Source: a virus
Taxonomy: Duplodnaviria > Heunggongvirae > Uroviricota > Caudoviricetes
Strand: one strand, 5' to 3'
DNA length: 64,000 bases
Virus record (IMG/VR): IMGVR_UViG_3300010369_000001
Part shown: positions 17,411-27,500 of the stretch, one piece after another
Position numbering within the stretch: position 1 is the stretch's first letter
Layout: each line of letters opens with the position of its first letter
Translations under genes and position numbers: made by a program
The notes under the pieces: generated by a model
Databases searched by the model: none
Seen by the model: the letters and a program-made list of their open reading frames with translations, nothing else
Told to the model about the DNA's origin: nothing

Positions 17411-19081
17411 TTAATATGCTTGCAATACGCCAAAACCTGCCCAAAAACGTGGCCTTCCACTGGTGCTAGGCTGGCCGTTAGCTACTCTCCGCCAAGGCAT
17501 AAACCAGGGATTATCTAGCTGAGGCCAGGGTAAATTAGTGGTATCAACTAATACTTCGCCGGTACTTTGTCGATGTAATCTCATTTTTAGTATATATTCT
17601 CCATTAAAATCCATTGGATGCGGTAGCGGCTTCATAAAAAGCCCTAATACTCTATTGCCGGGCAAACTATGATTAAGCTGATCATAATTTGAATCCGGGT
17701 GTCCAGGAGTGTGGTTGTAGAATCTAAAATTCCAAATAACGTCCGGCTCAAACCATGTTCGACGCACTTCTATATTACGAGAATAAGCCCAACTACCACA
17801 GGTTCCTCGAGAACAGAATGTCCCAAATGGGATATAATACCAGTCCCATGCGCTATTGCGTAAGGTAAGTCTTGAATTTGTATCTCTTACACACAAGCCA
17901 CCTGAGCTATGAAAACCGGCTAAACAATTGATTGGCGGCCCTGGCGTACTATTATCGACACATACGCCACCCACTAATATATGTCCTGGAGGGCATTGAA
18001 TTACTTCCTCATCTCTAACGCAAACTCCATTAATAAGAGTAAAACCTTCAGGGCAGGTGAGCACAGGCGGCGGCTCAAATCTGTCTGGTGTACAAATACC
18101 ATTTATTAACGTAAAACCTTCAGGGCAGCTACCGGGCGGATCATTATTACCTCCAGAAACTCTAACGCAAACATCCCCTACCAGCCGAAAACCTTCTGGA
18201 CAAGTTAGCTCCGGTAAAATCAATTCCTCACACTCTGGAAAATATGGGGCAGTAGTTACACAATCAGCTTCAGGCGTTGGGATAGTAGTGATATGATAGT
18301 CTGGATCTGGACACAGAGCTTGCAAATCAAAATCTATACCTAAATGAGCACCAACTGTTTTATCCGGTTGCTCAGGTAGTCGCTCAATAATTGGGGCAAC
18401 TGTAAATGGCCCAATAAACCTTACAGCCAAACTTCCATCAGCCCCAGCAGCAGCGCCATTTATATGCCCGACATTGTGCATCGGCGTTTCTTGATACTGT
18501 GTAAAGTAATTTATGCCATTAGCTAAGTCTTTTTTTAGTTCATCCTCCAGTACAAAAAATATTTTATTGTCTTTAGCCGTAATAGTCAGTCCGTTATCAC
18601 CTATTAATTCCACCAACCCATTAAAACGTATATGCGTTTTATCGCAGGTCGCGGCTAAAAATAAATGCTCTGACCTAAATAAACAACGCTCAGCTATTTT
18701 TGACTGAGCTGCCGAACTGTATCTATGAATTACTGGAAGATCTAAAATATTTAAACGCCCAGGAGTTAACCAGCCAGAATAGCCTTCGGTTATCTGCTCA
18801 AGAAAAACCGGACGACCATAAATCCAGTCACTTTTCAACACAGTAGCTGATAAAATGGGTGTTTCAGCAGTCGCAATAATAACACTTACTAACTCTCGGC
18901 CAATATTTATGCTGCTAATATAAGGCTCATCAGTTAAGCTACAGGATAAAAATATATCCGCAATAAAATCAAGTGGACGGATGTTCCCTTTATCATCTAT
19001 TCCTGTGGCTACAGGATCAAGAATGAAGCTCCTCGCCTCATTGTGAGGCAGAAAATTAAGGTAATTTCTATCTAATGACAC
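17411..19081 (-). CDS. Hypothetical protein (paralogue family) with Cys-rich CPxG repeats, putative tail/adhesin
   Basis: FLPHNEARSFIL; NGLVELIGDNGL; INGAAAGADGS; five CPxGFxLxxGxC repeats; GTG start. Confidence 0.75.
   Translation of the reverse strand: MSLDRNYLNFLPHNEARSFILDPVATGIDDKGNIRPLDFIADIFLSCSLTDEPYISSINIGRELVSVIIATAETPILSATVLKSDWIYGRPVFLEQITEGYSGWLTPGRLNILDLPVIHRYSSAAQSKIAERCLFRSEHLFLAATCDKTHIRFNGLVELIGDNGLTITAKDNKIFFVLEDELKKDLANGINYFTQYQETPMHNVGHINGAAAGADGSLAVRFIGPFTVAPIIERLPEQPDKTVGAHLGIDFDLQALCPDPDYHITTIPTPEADCVTTAPYFPECEELILPELTCPEGFRLVGDVCVRVSGGNNDPPGSCPEGFTLINGICTPDRFEPPPVLTCPEGFTLINGVCVRDEEVIQCPPGHILVGGVCVDNSTPGPPINCLAGFHSSGGLCVRDTNSRLTLRNSAWDWYYIPFGTFCSRGTCGSWAYSRNIEVRRTWFEPDVIWNFRFYNHTPGHPDSNYDQLNHSLPGNRVLGLFMKPLPHPMDFNGEYILKMRLHRQSTGEVLVDTTNLPWPQLDNPWFMPWRRVANGQPSTSGRPRFWAGFGVLQAY
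17887..18202 (-). repeat. Five intragenic CPxG(F/H)xLxxGxCV repeats
   Basis: CPEGFRLVGDVCV, CPEGFTLINGICT, CPEGFTLINGVCV, CPPGHILVGGVCV, CLAGFHSSGGLCV; two copies share gtaaaaccttcagggcag at DNA level. Confidence 0.9.
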
Positions 19082-19097
19082 AATCTAATTATAACTT

Positions 19098-19421
19098 ATG
19101 CAAGAAAAGCTAGAGACGGAGCGAGAATGGCGTGAACAACAACTTAACTACGCTTTTAATAGCCTTATTAAGGTACCACAAGTGTTCAAATTTAGGTCAA
19201 TTAATACTGCGCTTAACTGGGTGAGAAAATACAGCCCTACGTTAATAGGGCTGTTAATTGAGAAGAAATTTACGTTTATTTTGTTTAAGATTAAGAGAAA
19301 AGCTGAAAGCTGCGGTCTTGAAGTCGAACAACAGTGCACAATTTGGATTAAAATCCCAACTACTCAACGAAAGAGTAACATTGCATTTTTAAATTACAAA
19401 AATAATCCCACATTCTCATAA
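19098..19421 (+). CDS. Hypothetical protein; the only credible plus-strand gene
   Basis: Fills a 280-bp gap in the minus-strand gene run; charged, protein-like composition; the minus-strand alternative looks like a shadow ORF. Confidence 0.55.
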   Translation: MQEKLETEREWREQQLNYAFNSLIKVPQVFKFRSINTALNWVRKYSPTLIGLLIEKKFTFILFKIKRKAESCGLEVEQQCTIWIKIPTTQRKSNIAFLNYKNNPTFS

Positions 19422-20505
19422 AGGTGTCCAAACGTTGCTCCAGCGTAGCTTGAAAATAAGGCACATTGTTGCGTCTTTCCATAAAAGTCACTAAATTACG
19501 GCGATTAAATAACTTCTTATTTACTAAATTAAATAACCTATCCCAATTTGGCACTACTCTATCAAAACCATACCCAAATTCCTTCATTTGCCCCTTAAAA
19601 AGTACGCCAAATTTACCATTATCAAGTATGTCTCTATAAATTGGTTGGTCAAAACCCGCAACAAGCAAACCTTGATGTAAGGCAGCTGACAAAAAATAAC
19701 CTACATGATTCATTGGATTAAGATCAATAAATAAATCATGCTGTTCAACAATATTTAGATACTCAAAGTCAGAAAAACAATTTATGACTAAACATTTATC
19801 CGAGCACTCTAACCCCATTTTCTCCACAAACTGAGCTTCTTCACGATAGGATTTACCGTCCATCAATAAGGTAATAAAAACATCAGTACGTTCTTCAAGA
19901 GTTTTAACGATATTCTTAAGAATAGCTAACCTATTGGACGGGTTTTTAATCCCGCACATTGAAATTGTTACTTTTATTTGTTCTGGATTAATTAGATCGC
20001 ACCGAGTAGGTTTAAGAGTTCTAAATGAGCCCGGGTAGCAAGCCTGCGCACCATAGGGGCTTCCCATTAAACAGTTATTAAAGCGATTGTCTAGCTGCTT
20101 TGTAGGTAAAATAATAGATTGATATTTTTTAGAGCTGCACATTTGCTCCCAATCCCACTTAACATAGTCAGCAAACAAATAATTTTGACAACCCTTTGAT
20201 TTGTCGATATAATCTCTGCGATAGTCAAACCAATACACTGCTTTAGCTTGAACTTTGTCGCCTTGAGCAGTATAGCCTCTCAAGCGACGTGCAAAATCAT
20301 TAGGACTGACTATCCTGCGCACACAGTGATCTATTAGCGGGGAACAGTAGCTAGAGATTGGGTCTAATGTAACATATTCAAAATTATATTTTCGAATATC
20401 TACAGTTTTTTTTACGATAAAAGAAGCCATTGCAGAAGCATAAACAGCAGCTTCACTCTGTTTATACGGAGCAAAGAAAATAACGCGCCTTTTTGGTGTT
20501 GACAT
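19360..20505 (-). CDS. Divergent GT-B (GT4-like) glycosyltransferase
   Basis: C-terminal DLFIDLNPMNHVGYFLSAALHQGLLVAGFDQPIYRDILDNGKFGVLF resembles the GT4 donor-binding segment, but the canonical E-x7-E is not retained. Confidence 0.5.
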   Translation of the reverse strand: MSTPKRRVIFFAPYKQSEAAVYASAMASFIVKKTVDIRKYNFEYVTLDPISSYCSPLIDHCVRRIVSPNDFARRLRGYTAQGDKVQAKAVYWFDYRRDYIDKSKGCQNYLFADYVKWDWEQMCSSKKYQSIILPTKQLDNRFNNCLMGSPYGAQACYPGSFRTLKPTRCDLINPEQIKVTISMCGIKNPSNRLAILKNIVKTLEERTDVFITLLMDGKSYREEAQFVEKMGLECSDKCLVINCFSDFEYLNIVEQHDLFIDLNPMNHVGYFLSAALHQGLLVAGFDQPIYRDILDNGKFGVLFKGQMKEFGYGFDRVVPNWDRLFNLVNKKLFNRRNLVTFMERRNNVPYFQATLEQRLDTFMRMWDYFCNLKMQCYSFVE

Positions 20506-20573
20506 AGGGGTATGAGTTTAGAATTAGGGGTAATTATAAGAGTAGGCGTAATATACCCCAGCTAGAATAATTG

Positions 20574-21149
20574 TCAAGTGCCCCCTCTTGCGCGGCGCAC
20601 ATTCTGTGGCTGGCGTTGCTCCAGCACTGGTGCAGCTTGACTCCGCGCCTCATAATCTTCCTTTACGAACTGTAACGCCTCTTGCATTGTGACAAAACCA
20701 TCACCATTTAAATCCAGCATCACAAATTCTGCCACTGCTGCCCCAATAGGTAAGGTACTGGCAGCAATGTATTCAACCATTGAAATTTGACCATCTTGGT
20801 TTGCATCAAACTCAAAAAACCAACTAAATGAGCTAGACTTTAGCTCCGCTGAGACATTATCGTATACGCCAGAAATAGTGACAGTCTGCTGTTGAGTAGC
20901 TGCTATGGGCGCTGGCGGCTGCCTCAGGCTAGGAGGCGCTGGTAGCGTAGGCGGGCGCATACCAAATTGGAGTATCGGCTCCCATAAGGTAATTTGAGGC
21001 TCGCCAAATGGTCGCACCAGTGGCGAATTATCAACTACCGGAGCTGCTACCTCAGCTGGCTGCTCTGGCGTTCTCTGTCCTCGCTGAGGAGCCTGAGCAT
21101 AAAGATTAAACGTAAAAAAAAGAAGTAGGAGAATTAATAATACTCTCAT
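20574..21149 (-). CDS. Secreted EF-hand protein
   Basis: Signal peptide; two EF loops FDANQDGQISMVE and LDLNGDGFVTMQE. Confidence 0.8.
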   Translation of the reverse strand: MRVLLILLLLFFTFNLYAQAPQRGQRTPEQPAEVAAPVVDNSPLVRPFGEPQITLWEPILQFGMRPPTLPAPPSLRQPPAPIAATQQQTVTISGVYDNVSAELKSSSFSWFFEFDANQDGQISMVEYIAASTLPIGAAVAEFVMLDLNGDGFVTMQEALQFVKEDYEARSQAAPVLEQRQPQNVRRARGGT

Positions 21150-21185
21150 ACTTCTTTAAACCCCGCAAGGTTACAAAAGTTCTTC

Positions 21186-21197
21186 TCTCGCGCGAGA
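21186..21197. repeat. 12-bp palindrome TCTCGCGCGAGA (also at 4939-4950 and 49607-49618)
   Basis: Direct reading; the 21181 and 49606 copies share 18 bp in inverted orientation. Confidence 0.8.
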
Positions 21198-21201
21198 AAA
21201 A

Positions 21202-21705
21202 TTACCATCTAAACGGCGGCCGTTGTTGCGGATGTCCAAACTGTGTGGGGAAGGATTGATTCCACCCATGCTGCTGAGTGAAATTTTGATTCCATCCGGG
21301 CCCGGGCCGAGACTGATGGATGTTAATCTGGGTTGGTCTTGTCATGTTGTGCATAACAATACCGTGAAATACGCGATCAACAATATGCGGTGCAGCTGCC
21401 GCCAATACTGCGCCTGGGCGCGGTTGGTAATGGTGCTGTACCATCACCATTCTTTGTCCCGTTATCCCGCAAATGAAGATTTGCTGCGGCTGAGGAGGTG
21501 CCATGACCGCGTGTACCTGCACATTAACAGGCTGCTGTGCTTGTATAGGCTGTGGCACCTGTAAATGTGCTCGCAAGGCTTGCTCTCGCTTTAACGCCTC
21601 AATTTGGGCGTTAATTTGAGCATCTGATAGCTGCTCAACAACTTGCCCTAGGGCAGCTGTTGCAAGCAATAATGTAGCAACACAAAAAATAATGAGATGT
21701 TTCAT
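21202..21705 (-). CDS. Secreted Gln/Pro-rich low-complexity protein
   Basis: Signal peptide, SD AGGAGA, QHGWNQ-type repeats at C-terminus. Confidence 0.7.
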   Translation of the reverse strand: MKHLIIFCVATLLLATAALGQVVEQLSDAQINAQIEALKREQALRAHLQVPQPIQAQQPVNVQVHAVMAPPQPQQIFICGITGQRMVMVQHHYQPRPGAVLAAAAPHIVDRVFHGIVMHNMTRPTQINIHQSRPGPGWNQNFTQQHGWNQSFPTQFGHPQQRPPFRW

Positions 21706-21726
21706 TGTTAGTCTCCTATTGTTAGA

Positions 21727-21753
21727 GGTTAAATTATCCCAAAATCATGTACC
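21727..21753 (-). promoter_or_regulatory. Class-1 phage promoter-like motif
   Basis: Minus: GGTACATGATTTTGG GATAAT TTAACC, same spacing as the 6257 and 7119 copies. Confidence 0.6.
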
Positions 21754-21769
21754 AGAATAGTCACCATAT

Positions 21770-22204
21770 TTAACGCCTAAATGAGCCGTCCGGATTTGCC
21801 CCGATATTCTGATTTACGCTGCGAGTCATAGGCGTAAAGCTAGGCTGTAGTCCTCCTGGATTTTGAGGAGAAAAGGGCGGCGCAGAATGCCACTGCGTAT
21901 AAAGATTCGCCAGTCCTAGCCCTGATGTACCAAGAGTGGAGCCTAAGCCAGTTCCCACTGATAACAACTTCCGCTGCATAGGAAATGAGACATTATTGGA
22001 AAACCATCCTTTTAAGTTCTCTCCAATATTGCCTAAAAAGGCCTGCTTACTAAAAGGAACATACTTAGCTTCTTTTACTTTTTCCGGTAGTGTTTTCATA
22101 TTCGGTGTCTCCTGTGCCCATCTGTGTGCGGTACCTTCGGGTAACTCCCCGTCAGCTTCAGCTGCAAAAAAGAATCTTTGTTGTGCTTTAGACTTGAATG
22201 GCAT
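21770..22204 (-). CDS. Hypothetical phage protein
   Basis: MPFKSKAQQRFFFAAEADGELP N-terminus; Gly-rich hydrophobic segment; TAATG-coupled. Confidence 0.7.
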   Translation of the reverse strand: MPFKSKAQQRFFFAAEADGELPEGTAHRWAQETPNMKTLPEKVKEAKYVPFSKQAFLGNIGENLKGWFSNNVSFPMQRKLLSVGTGLGSTLGTSGLGLANLYTQWHSAPPFSPQNPGGLQPSFTPMTRSVNQNIGANPDGSFRR

Positions 22205-22992
22205 TAGCGTATCCCCCTTCTTCGTCTTTCTTCTTCCTCTCTAGCGCGCTGCTCTCGCTGCCTTGACAACATGTAAAGCCCGCCAATACCTAAAGCCCCA
22301 ACTCCACCTGCGGCAGCAACCCAAGGAGCCCAGTCACCAATAGTCTTCCACATATTCTGACCCTGCCTCTGTAAACCGCTCGCGTTTTGATTCAGTTCAG
22401 CTATGTGCGGCATACTGTCGTCCAGCGCACCAGCTAAATTGTGCATTCCCTCAGCAGCCTGCTGTCCTCCGCGATTTATTCCTCGACCAATAAAATAACC
22501 GCCGCCACCTAAGCCGCCTAGTAATCCGCCGCCTACAGCTAAATTCTGACCTGTATTACCGCCTCGCGCAGCTGTCGCCGTATTTACGGCATTAGCTGCC
22601 GACGTACCGCCGCCGCCAATGTTATATCCGGGCCCCGCAGGGTATGGGTAACTTGCAGTGGGCGTTGCTGTCATTCTAGGTGCTGCCGAAGCCGACGGCG
22701 TAGTAAATGTCCAAGGAGCATTGGGGTTAAATCGTTGTACGTTACGCCCTACAGTATCCCAATCATTTCTACTCATTGCGTGTAGCGTATGCCTTAACTG
22801 ATCATATTTAGCTCCATGAGCTGCCATATCAAACAAATGATCACTGTTCTGGGCAGTTAGTCGACCAAACCCAGGTAATGCTCGAATAGCATCATCTGAT
22901 AATGTTGTAGAAACTGCCTTAACCGCACCGCCGGACGCCAGCTTCAAAATACCATCGACATTAATTTCTACAATTTTTAATATGCCTTGCAT
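22204..22992 (-). CDS. Gly/Ala-rich protein with glycine-zipper segments and charged tail
   Basis: GGGLLGGLGGGG and AAGGVGALGIGGLYML followed by RQREQRAREEEERRRR. Confidence 0.7.
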   Translation of the reverse strand: MQGILKIVEINVDGILKLASGGAVKAVSTTLSDDAIRALPGFGRLTAQNSDHLFDMAAHGAKYDQLRHTLHAMSRNDWDTVGRNVQRFNPNAPWTFTTPSASAAPRMTATPTASYPYPAGPGYNIGGGGTSAANAVNTATAARGGNTGQNLAVGGGLLGGLGGGGYFIGRGINRGGQQAAEGMHNLAGALDDSMPHIAELNQNASGLQRQGQNMWKTIGDWAPWVAAAGGVGALGIGGLYMLSRQREQRAREEEERRRRGIR

Positions 22993-23004
22993 AATATCTT
23001 TAAT

Positions 23005-24552
23005 TTAAAATATAGCCCCAAAAGTGTCTACAAAAGCCTTATTTAATGTTTTAGGGTATTCAATAATTTGACCCCTATAAAAATCAGCATTTTGTGCGAC
23101 ACCCGCCGCTTCTTGCCCTAAACGACTGACACCATCAGCGGATATACGGCGCGCATCCTGAGGCTGAAGCGCCCTACCTGCTACTAAATCACCCATGCCT
23201 CGAAGACCTGCACGATACCATGCAGTACTCCTATCTAATCCTTCTCTCCATACATTTCTTGAACCGCCTGACAAATTACTTAAACTGCTACTCAACGCAC
23301 CAACAGTGTTGGGCTTACCTGTAAGTTTGTTATGAGCTAAATACCCAGCTAAGCCACCAATACCCAAACCACCTATCCCTAAAGCTGCCGGAAGAATGTA
23401 ATCAGAAAAACGTAATCTACCGCGACGCTTAGTCTCTCTCTCTATATTATCCTGCAAGCTAAAAAATCGATCGTCAGAAATATTTCTTCTGGTTAAATCA
23501 TCCTGCGCCCTAAGCTGATACCTTTCCGCATCCCTACGGCGCGCATTACTCTTATCTCTTAACACATTATAGGCACCCACCAAACCAAGAGCCCCTATTC
23601 CAGTACCAATACCTGCCGCGCCTAATAAATTTACAGCATTACTTGCATTTTGAGCTGGTTCTTTGTAAGAACGTAAAAGCTCATTTGTAGTATTTAGATT
23701 TTGCACCAAGGCACTATCTGGAGAAGTTAAACTTTCCTTCACCGCATCTTGTATATTATTCCCCATGAGCGCGCCGCCTGCGCCAAGACCCCCTGCAAAA
23801 CCTGCACCAATCGGGACAGAAATTGCTAAACGGCCCATAACGTTTCCTTTTTTAACAGTTTCACCCTCTAATGCCCTGTTAAAAATGTTGGGCATAATAT
23901 TTTTTATCCCACTGTAAGTAAGGTAGCCTAGTCCAGCACCGGCCCCTAACGTAGCTAAAGGCCCTAAATAATCACTAAACTGTAAACGACTGCGCTTAGC
24001 CGCCTGATCCTCTAGCTCTAATTGCCTAGCTAAATATTCGTGCTTATCTAGCCCAGCTCGTACTAAATTTTTCTCCGCATGCCATAGTCGTCGCTCCGCA
24101 TCTCGTCTACGTCTATCTTTATTACGATTTAACCAAGAATACGCGCCTAAGGCGCCAAGCGAACCCATTGAACCTGCACCTAAATAGGCAGCTAAGTTCC
24201 CGCTAACATTACCAAAACCTTCAACTCCTTTATTTAGCTTATCGCTAAAACTAACTACCGCAGCATTAAAAGTATCGTCTAAACTTCGCTCACGAGTTGA
24301 ATTTATCAAATGCTGCGTAGGCCTGTCAATCAAAGCCTCAGCTGCTCCTTGCGCAGGATTGCCAGCTGCAGCAGCTTCTGCGTTAGGCAGTATAAAACCT
24401 TTATCTAAAGCATTTACACCTGCCATGCCCGTCACGCCTAGCATGCCAGTTCCAAGCAAGCCGTTTAGTGCACGCCCTATCCACGCCAATTTGAGAACTT
24501 GTTTATCATCCACACTATAATTATAAGGCCGCTCTCTTTTAAGAATCTCCAC
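23005..24552 (-). CDS. Gly/Ala-rich glycine-zipper protein with internal duplication, putative internal virion/ejection protein
   Basis: Two copies of GALG..AY...RRRDAER...RL(Q/R)FSDY...G.G.GYL. Confidence 0.7.
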   Translation of the reverse strand: MEILKRERPYNYSVDDKQVLKLAWIGRALNGLLGTGMLGVTGMAGVNALDKGFILPNAEAAAAGNPAQGAAEALIDRPTQHLINSTRERSLDDTFNAAVVSFSDKLNKGVEGFGNVSGNLAAYLGAGSMGSLGALGAYSWLNRNKDRRRRDAERRLWHAEKNLVRAGLDKHEYLARQLELEDQAAKRSRLQFSDYLGPLATLGAGAGLGYLTYSGIKNIMPNIFNRALEGETVKKGNVMGRLAISVPIGAGFAGGLGAGGALMGNNIQDAVKESLTSPDSALVQNLNTTNELLRSYKEPAQNASNAVNLLGAAGIGTGIGALGLVGAYNVLRDKSNARRRDAERYQLRAQDDLTRRNISDDRFFSLQDNIERETKRRGRLRFSDYILPAALGIGGLGIGGLAGYLAHNKLTGKPNTVGALSSSLSNLSGGSRNVWREGLDRSTAWYRAGLRGMGDLVAGRALQPQDARRISADGVSRLGQEAAGVAQNADFYRGQIIEYPKTLNKAFVDTFGAIF

Positions 24553-24569
24553 CTTGACCCTTAACTAGC

Positions 24570-27500
24570 TCATCGCCGCAGGATCTCAACTTCATCGGAC
24601 AACTGAACTTCGCCTCTTACCCATGCTTGCTTAAAATCAGCCATTGTTGCGAAGACCTTTGGGCGGCTTTTCTTTTTTCTAGATCTAGTAGCTTCATAAA
24701 GCCCAGCTATGTAGTCCTCTTGTGGCGTAAAGTTAGGAGACCCATCAGTCATATTTAGTAAATTTTGTGAAGGCAGCATCAATCTTATTGCATCTTGAAC
24801 TGCGTCATCGCTGATAGGTAATTGAAAATTCATAGCATCGCCGTCGAGGTCAGCACCAAAGCCTCCCATGGTATATTGATTCATTTGGATGCTATTTCCT
24901 TTAACTAGCTTAGGCCAAAAAGCCATAATTCCATATTGGTGCAAAATAGGAGATCGATCAAGAACTACTGGACGCTCTTGCACTGACTGTAAAAGTGCAG
25001 CTTTAGCTCGCTTGTCTTTATTATCGTACATGTCCTGAGCTGTCGTAAGCGGAACACCGCTTTGAGCTAGCTTCCTGATAATTACTGGTTTATAGATTTC
25101 ATAAGCTGAATTAATGGGTAGCCCAACTTCATCTAAATCAAGATTGGGCGACATGGTAATTACGTTACGGGAAACAACGTCAACGCCTCCACCCAATAAA
25201 TTACGTTGTACCATTCCATATTTACTGCTCCCCTCCCCAAAGACATGTCGCAATAACCCTGTTACCCGTTTTTGCTGTAGCTTGGGATGGGACGGATCCA
25301 TTAATCCAGTTATTTGTTTAAAATAGTTGTAAGACTGCAAATACTCTTCACCTGCGTCACCAATTTGACCTTCTAGCTCCTTAACTGTTTTATCGTGATC
25401 AATCATTTGCTTATACAAATAATTAACATCGGCAATTAAAGCAGTTTTTGTCCCGCCCATCTCAGACACGGGCCGGAACTTAGGCGGTATAACTGGAATA
25501 CGATCCAGCATCCAATCAGCTGGCGTTAAATCATTATCTTTAGCTGCCTTTAAGAACTGCAGCTTCTTTACTGCTTCATCTCTTTTTGTGCCTCTTGTAC
25601 TGGCTATAGTTTCACGAGCACGAGACATTTCATGGTCAACATTTAGCTTGCCTAAAGCTTTTCTAATAGCTTGTGGCCCAGTTCCAAACTCATTTAATTG
25701 TGCCCGACCAGCTATGACATCATTTAATTTAGCCTGTGTCAAACCTAGCATTCTTCTAGCTGGCTCTTCCATTACCGGATTAAGCATAGGCTGAGCTGGT
25801 TTAATAAAGCCCCATTTCTCGCCATACTCACCAAAAATAGCTGGATCAAATAATCCGCCTTTAATACCCTTTTTATCGCCTTCCCACTTAATTGTTTCAG
25901 AAGAAGTGACTTCCCTATTACCAACTAATTGCTTGACATCATTATTAGTAAGGGCCAAGATTTTCAGCTTGTTAGCTGTTGGCGTTACATTAATTCCCGA
26001 TCCTTGAAGGTGAGCCATAAACTTATGATACATTTGAGGCATTTCTGGCTCAGGCGGCTGATAACCTCTCATAAAAGCTGCCCAATAGTCATCATTTTTC
26101 TGCCCACGAATTCGCCTCGCATCAGCTAACATGTTATAAGCTCCATGACTTATAAGGGCGTTTGTGTGCATAAGAGCTACTCTTTTGGCCCCTTCACTGC
26201 CTCCGCTTGCAGGTTGTTCATCAGCTGTGTAATGACCAAAAGAACGGTCACTTGTCTTTCCCTCAGCTGAATGATGGAGTTTTTGAACGTAGCTGTAGCC
26301 CCACCCAATACCCTTTCCGTCCGTCCCGGTTATTAATTTACCTGTTTCAGGATCTAATACTGGATCCCGTGGATTAATTCCATGTTCTTTTGCCAAGCGC
26401 AAAACATATGCCGCCGTGTCAGGCTCCTTGGGATCAAATGATTCAATCTTAATTGGCTTACCAGTTTTCTTAGCAATTCGGCCTAATAAATGCTCATGCA
26501 GCATCGAATAATTTACTCTACCGATATTTCCTATTGGAGAATATACAATTTCAGCTGGGCCATCAGGAGTTTGTGGCATCTGATCATCAGGGACTATCTC
26601 AGCAATAACGCCTTTTGCCCCATATCTGTTCGCGAGCTTATCTGCCAAACGTGTTGGCGACAAAGAACTTACGACTACATTAACACCATTCTTATCATTA
26701 AACACCTCAACCACCTGACCTGGGTCTTCATGATCCCATTCCAGCGCACTATTAGTTAATGACTGTGCGCCTTTACGATGGATGCGATCAACCGGTTTTG
26801 TATTTACATCAGCTTTAAGCACCATTGGGTCGCCTTGATTTAAGACTGTCCCAATACGTACAACACCGTCATCGTCGATAGTGTCTAGCTGAGCTGCATC
26901 ATAGACTGATGGAAATGCGCCCATAAAGGTTTTCTTACCCTGCTTAATATTCTCAGCCCAATCTACTTTATGCTGATAGGCATGCTGAGACTTCATACGA
27001 TCAGCCATCGATTTGCTGATAATAATTGCATCCATAGTATTACTGCCTCTCCACGGCATTACAACCGCCCTAGCATTAAACCCCTGTGCCATTGCGCCAG
27101 TATCATCCGTAAAATTAGATTTAGCTAACAGCTGGCCTTTTGTAATCTGCTGACCGGGTTGAACTACTGGAGTTTGAGTAGTATAAGTATTGTGCACAAC
27201 TAACCCACCGCCTACACAAAAACAATGCGAATTAGCTACCGTCAAATCATATACATCAGTAACGAACTCTGTTAGTTTTATTTCTGTGATTAAATCCCAT
27301 TCAATATCCGAAGCTGCCCACAATCCAAAATTACCAGAAATATCTTTTAGTAATTTTTTAGGTATTGCGCCTTTTGTACCGTACCTGTATAATTCTCGCC
27401 ATTTTTTTAATTCCCAAAATTTCTTAGGTCTTAAATTTTTTAATAATTTAATTGAAGCTTTACTAACTGGTACTTTTTCAGTACAGCCCGTTATTTGTCG

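Noticed and set aside
19148-19339. Minus-strand 63-aa ORF in the gap
   Set aside because: Ser/Leu/Asn/Phe-rich antisense pattern of the more plausible plus-strand ORF.
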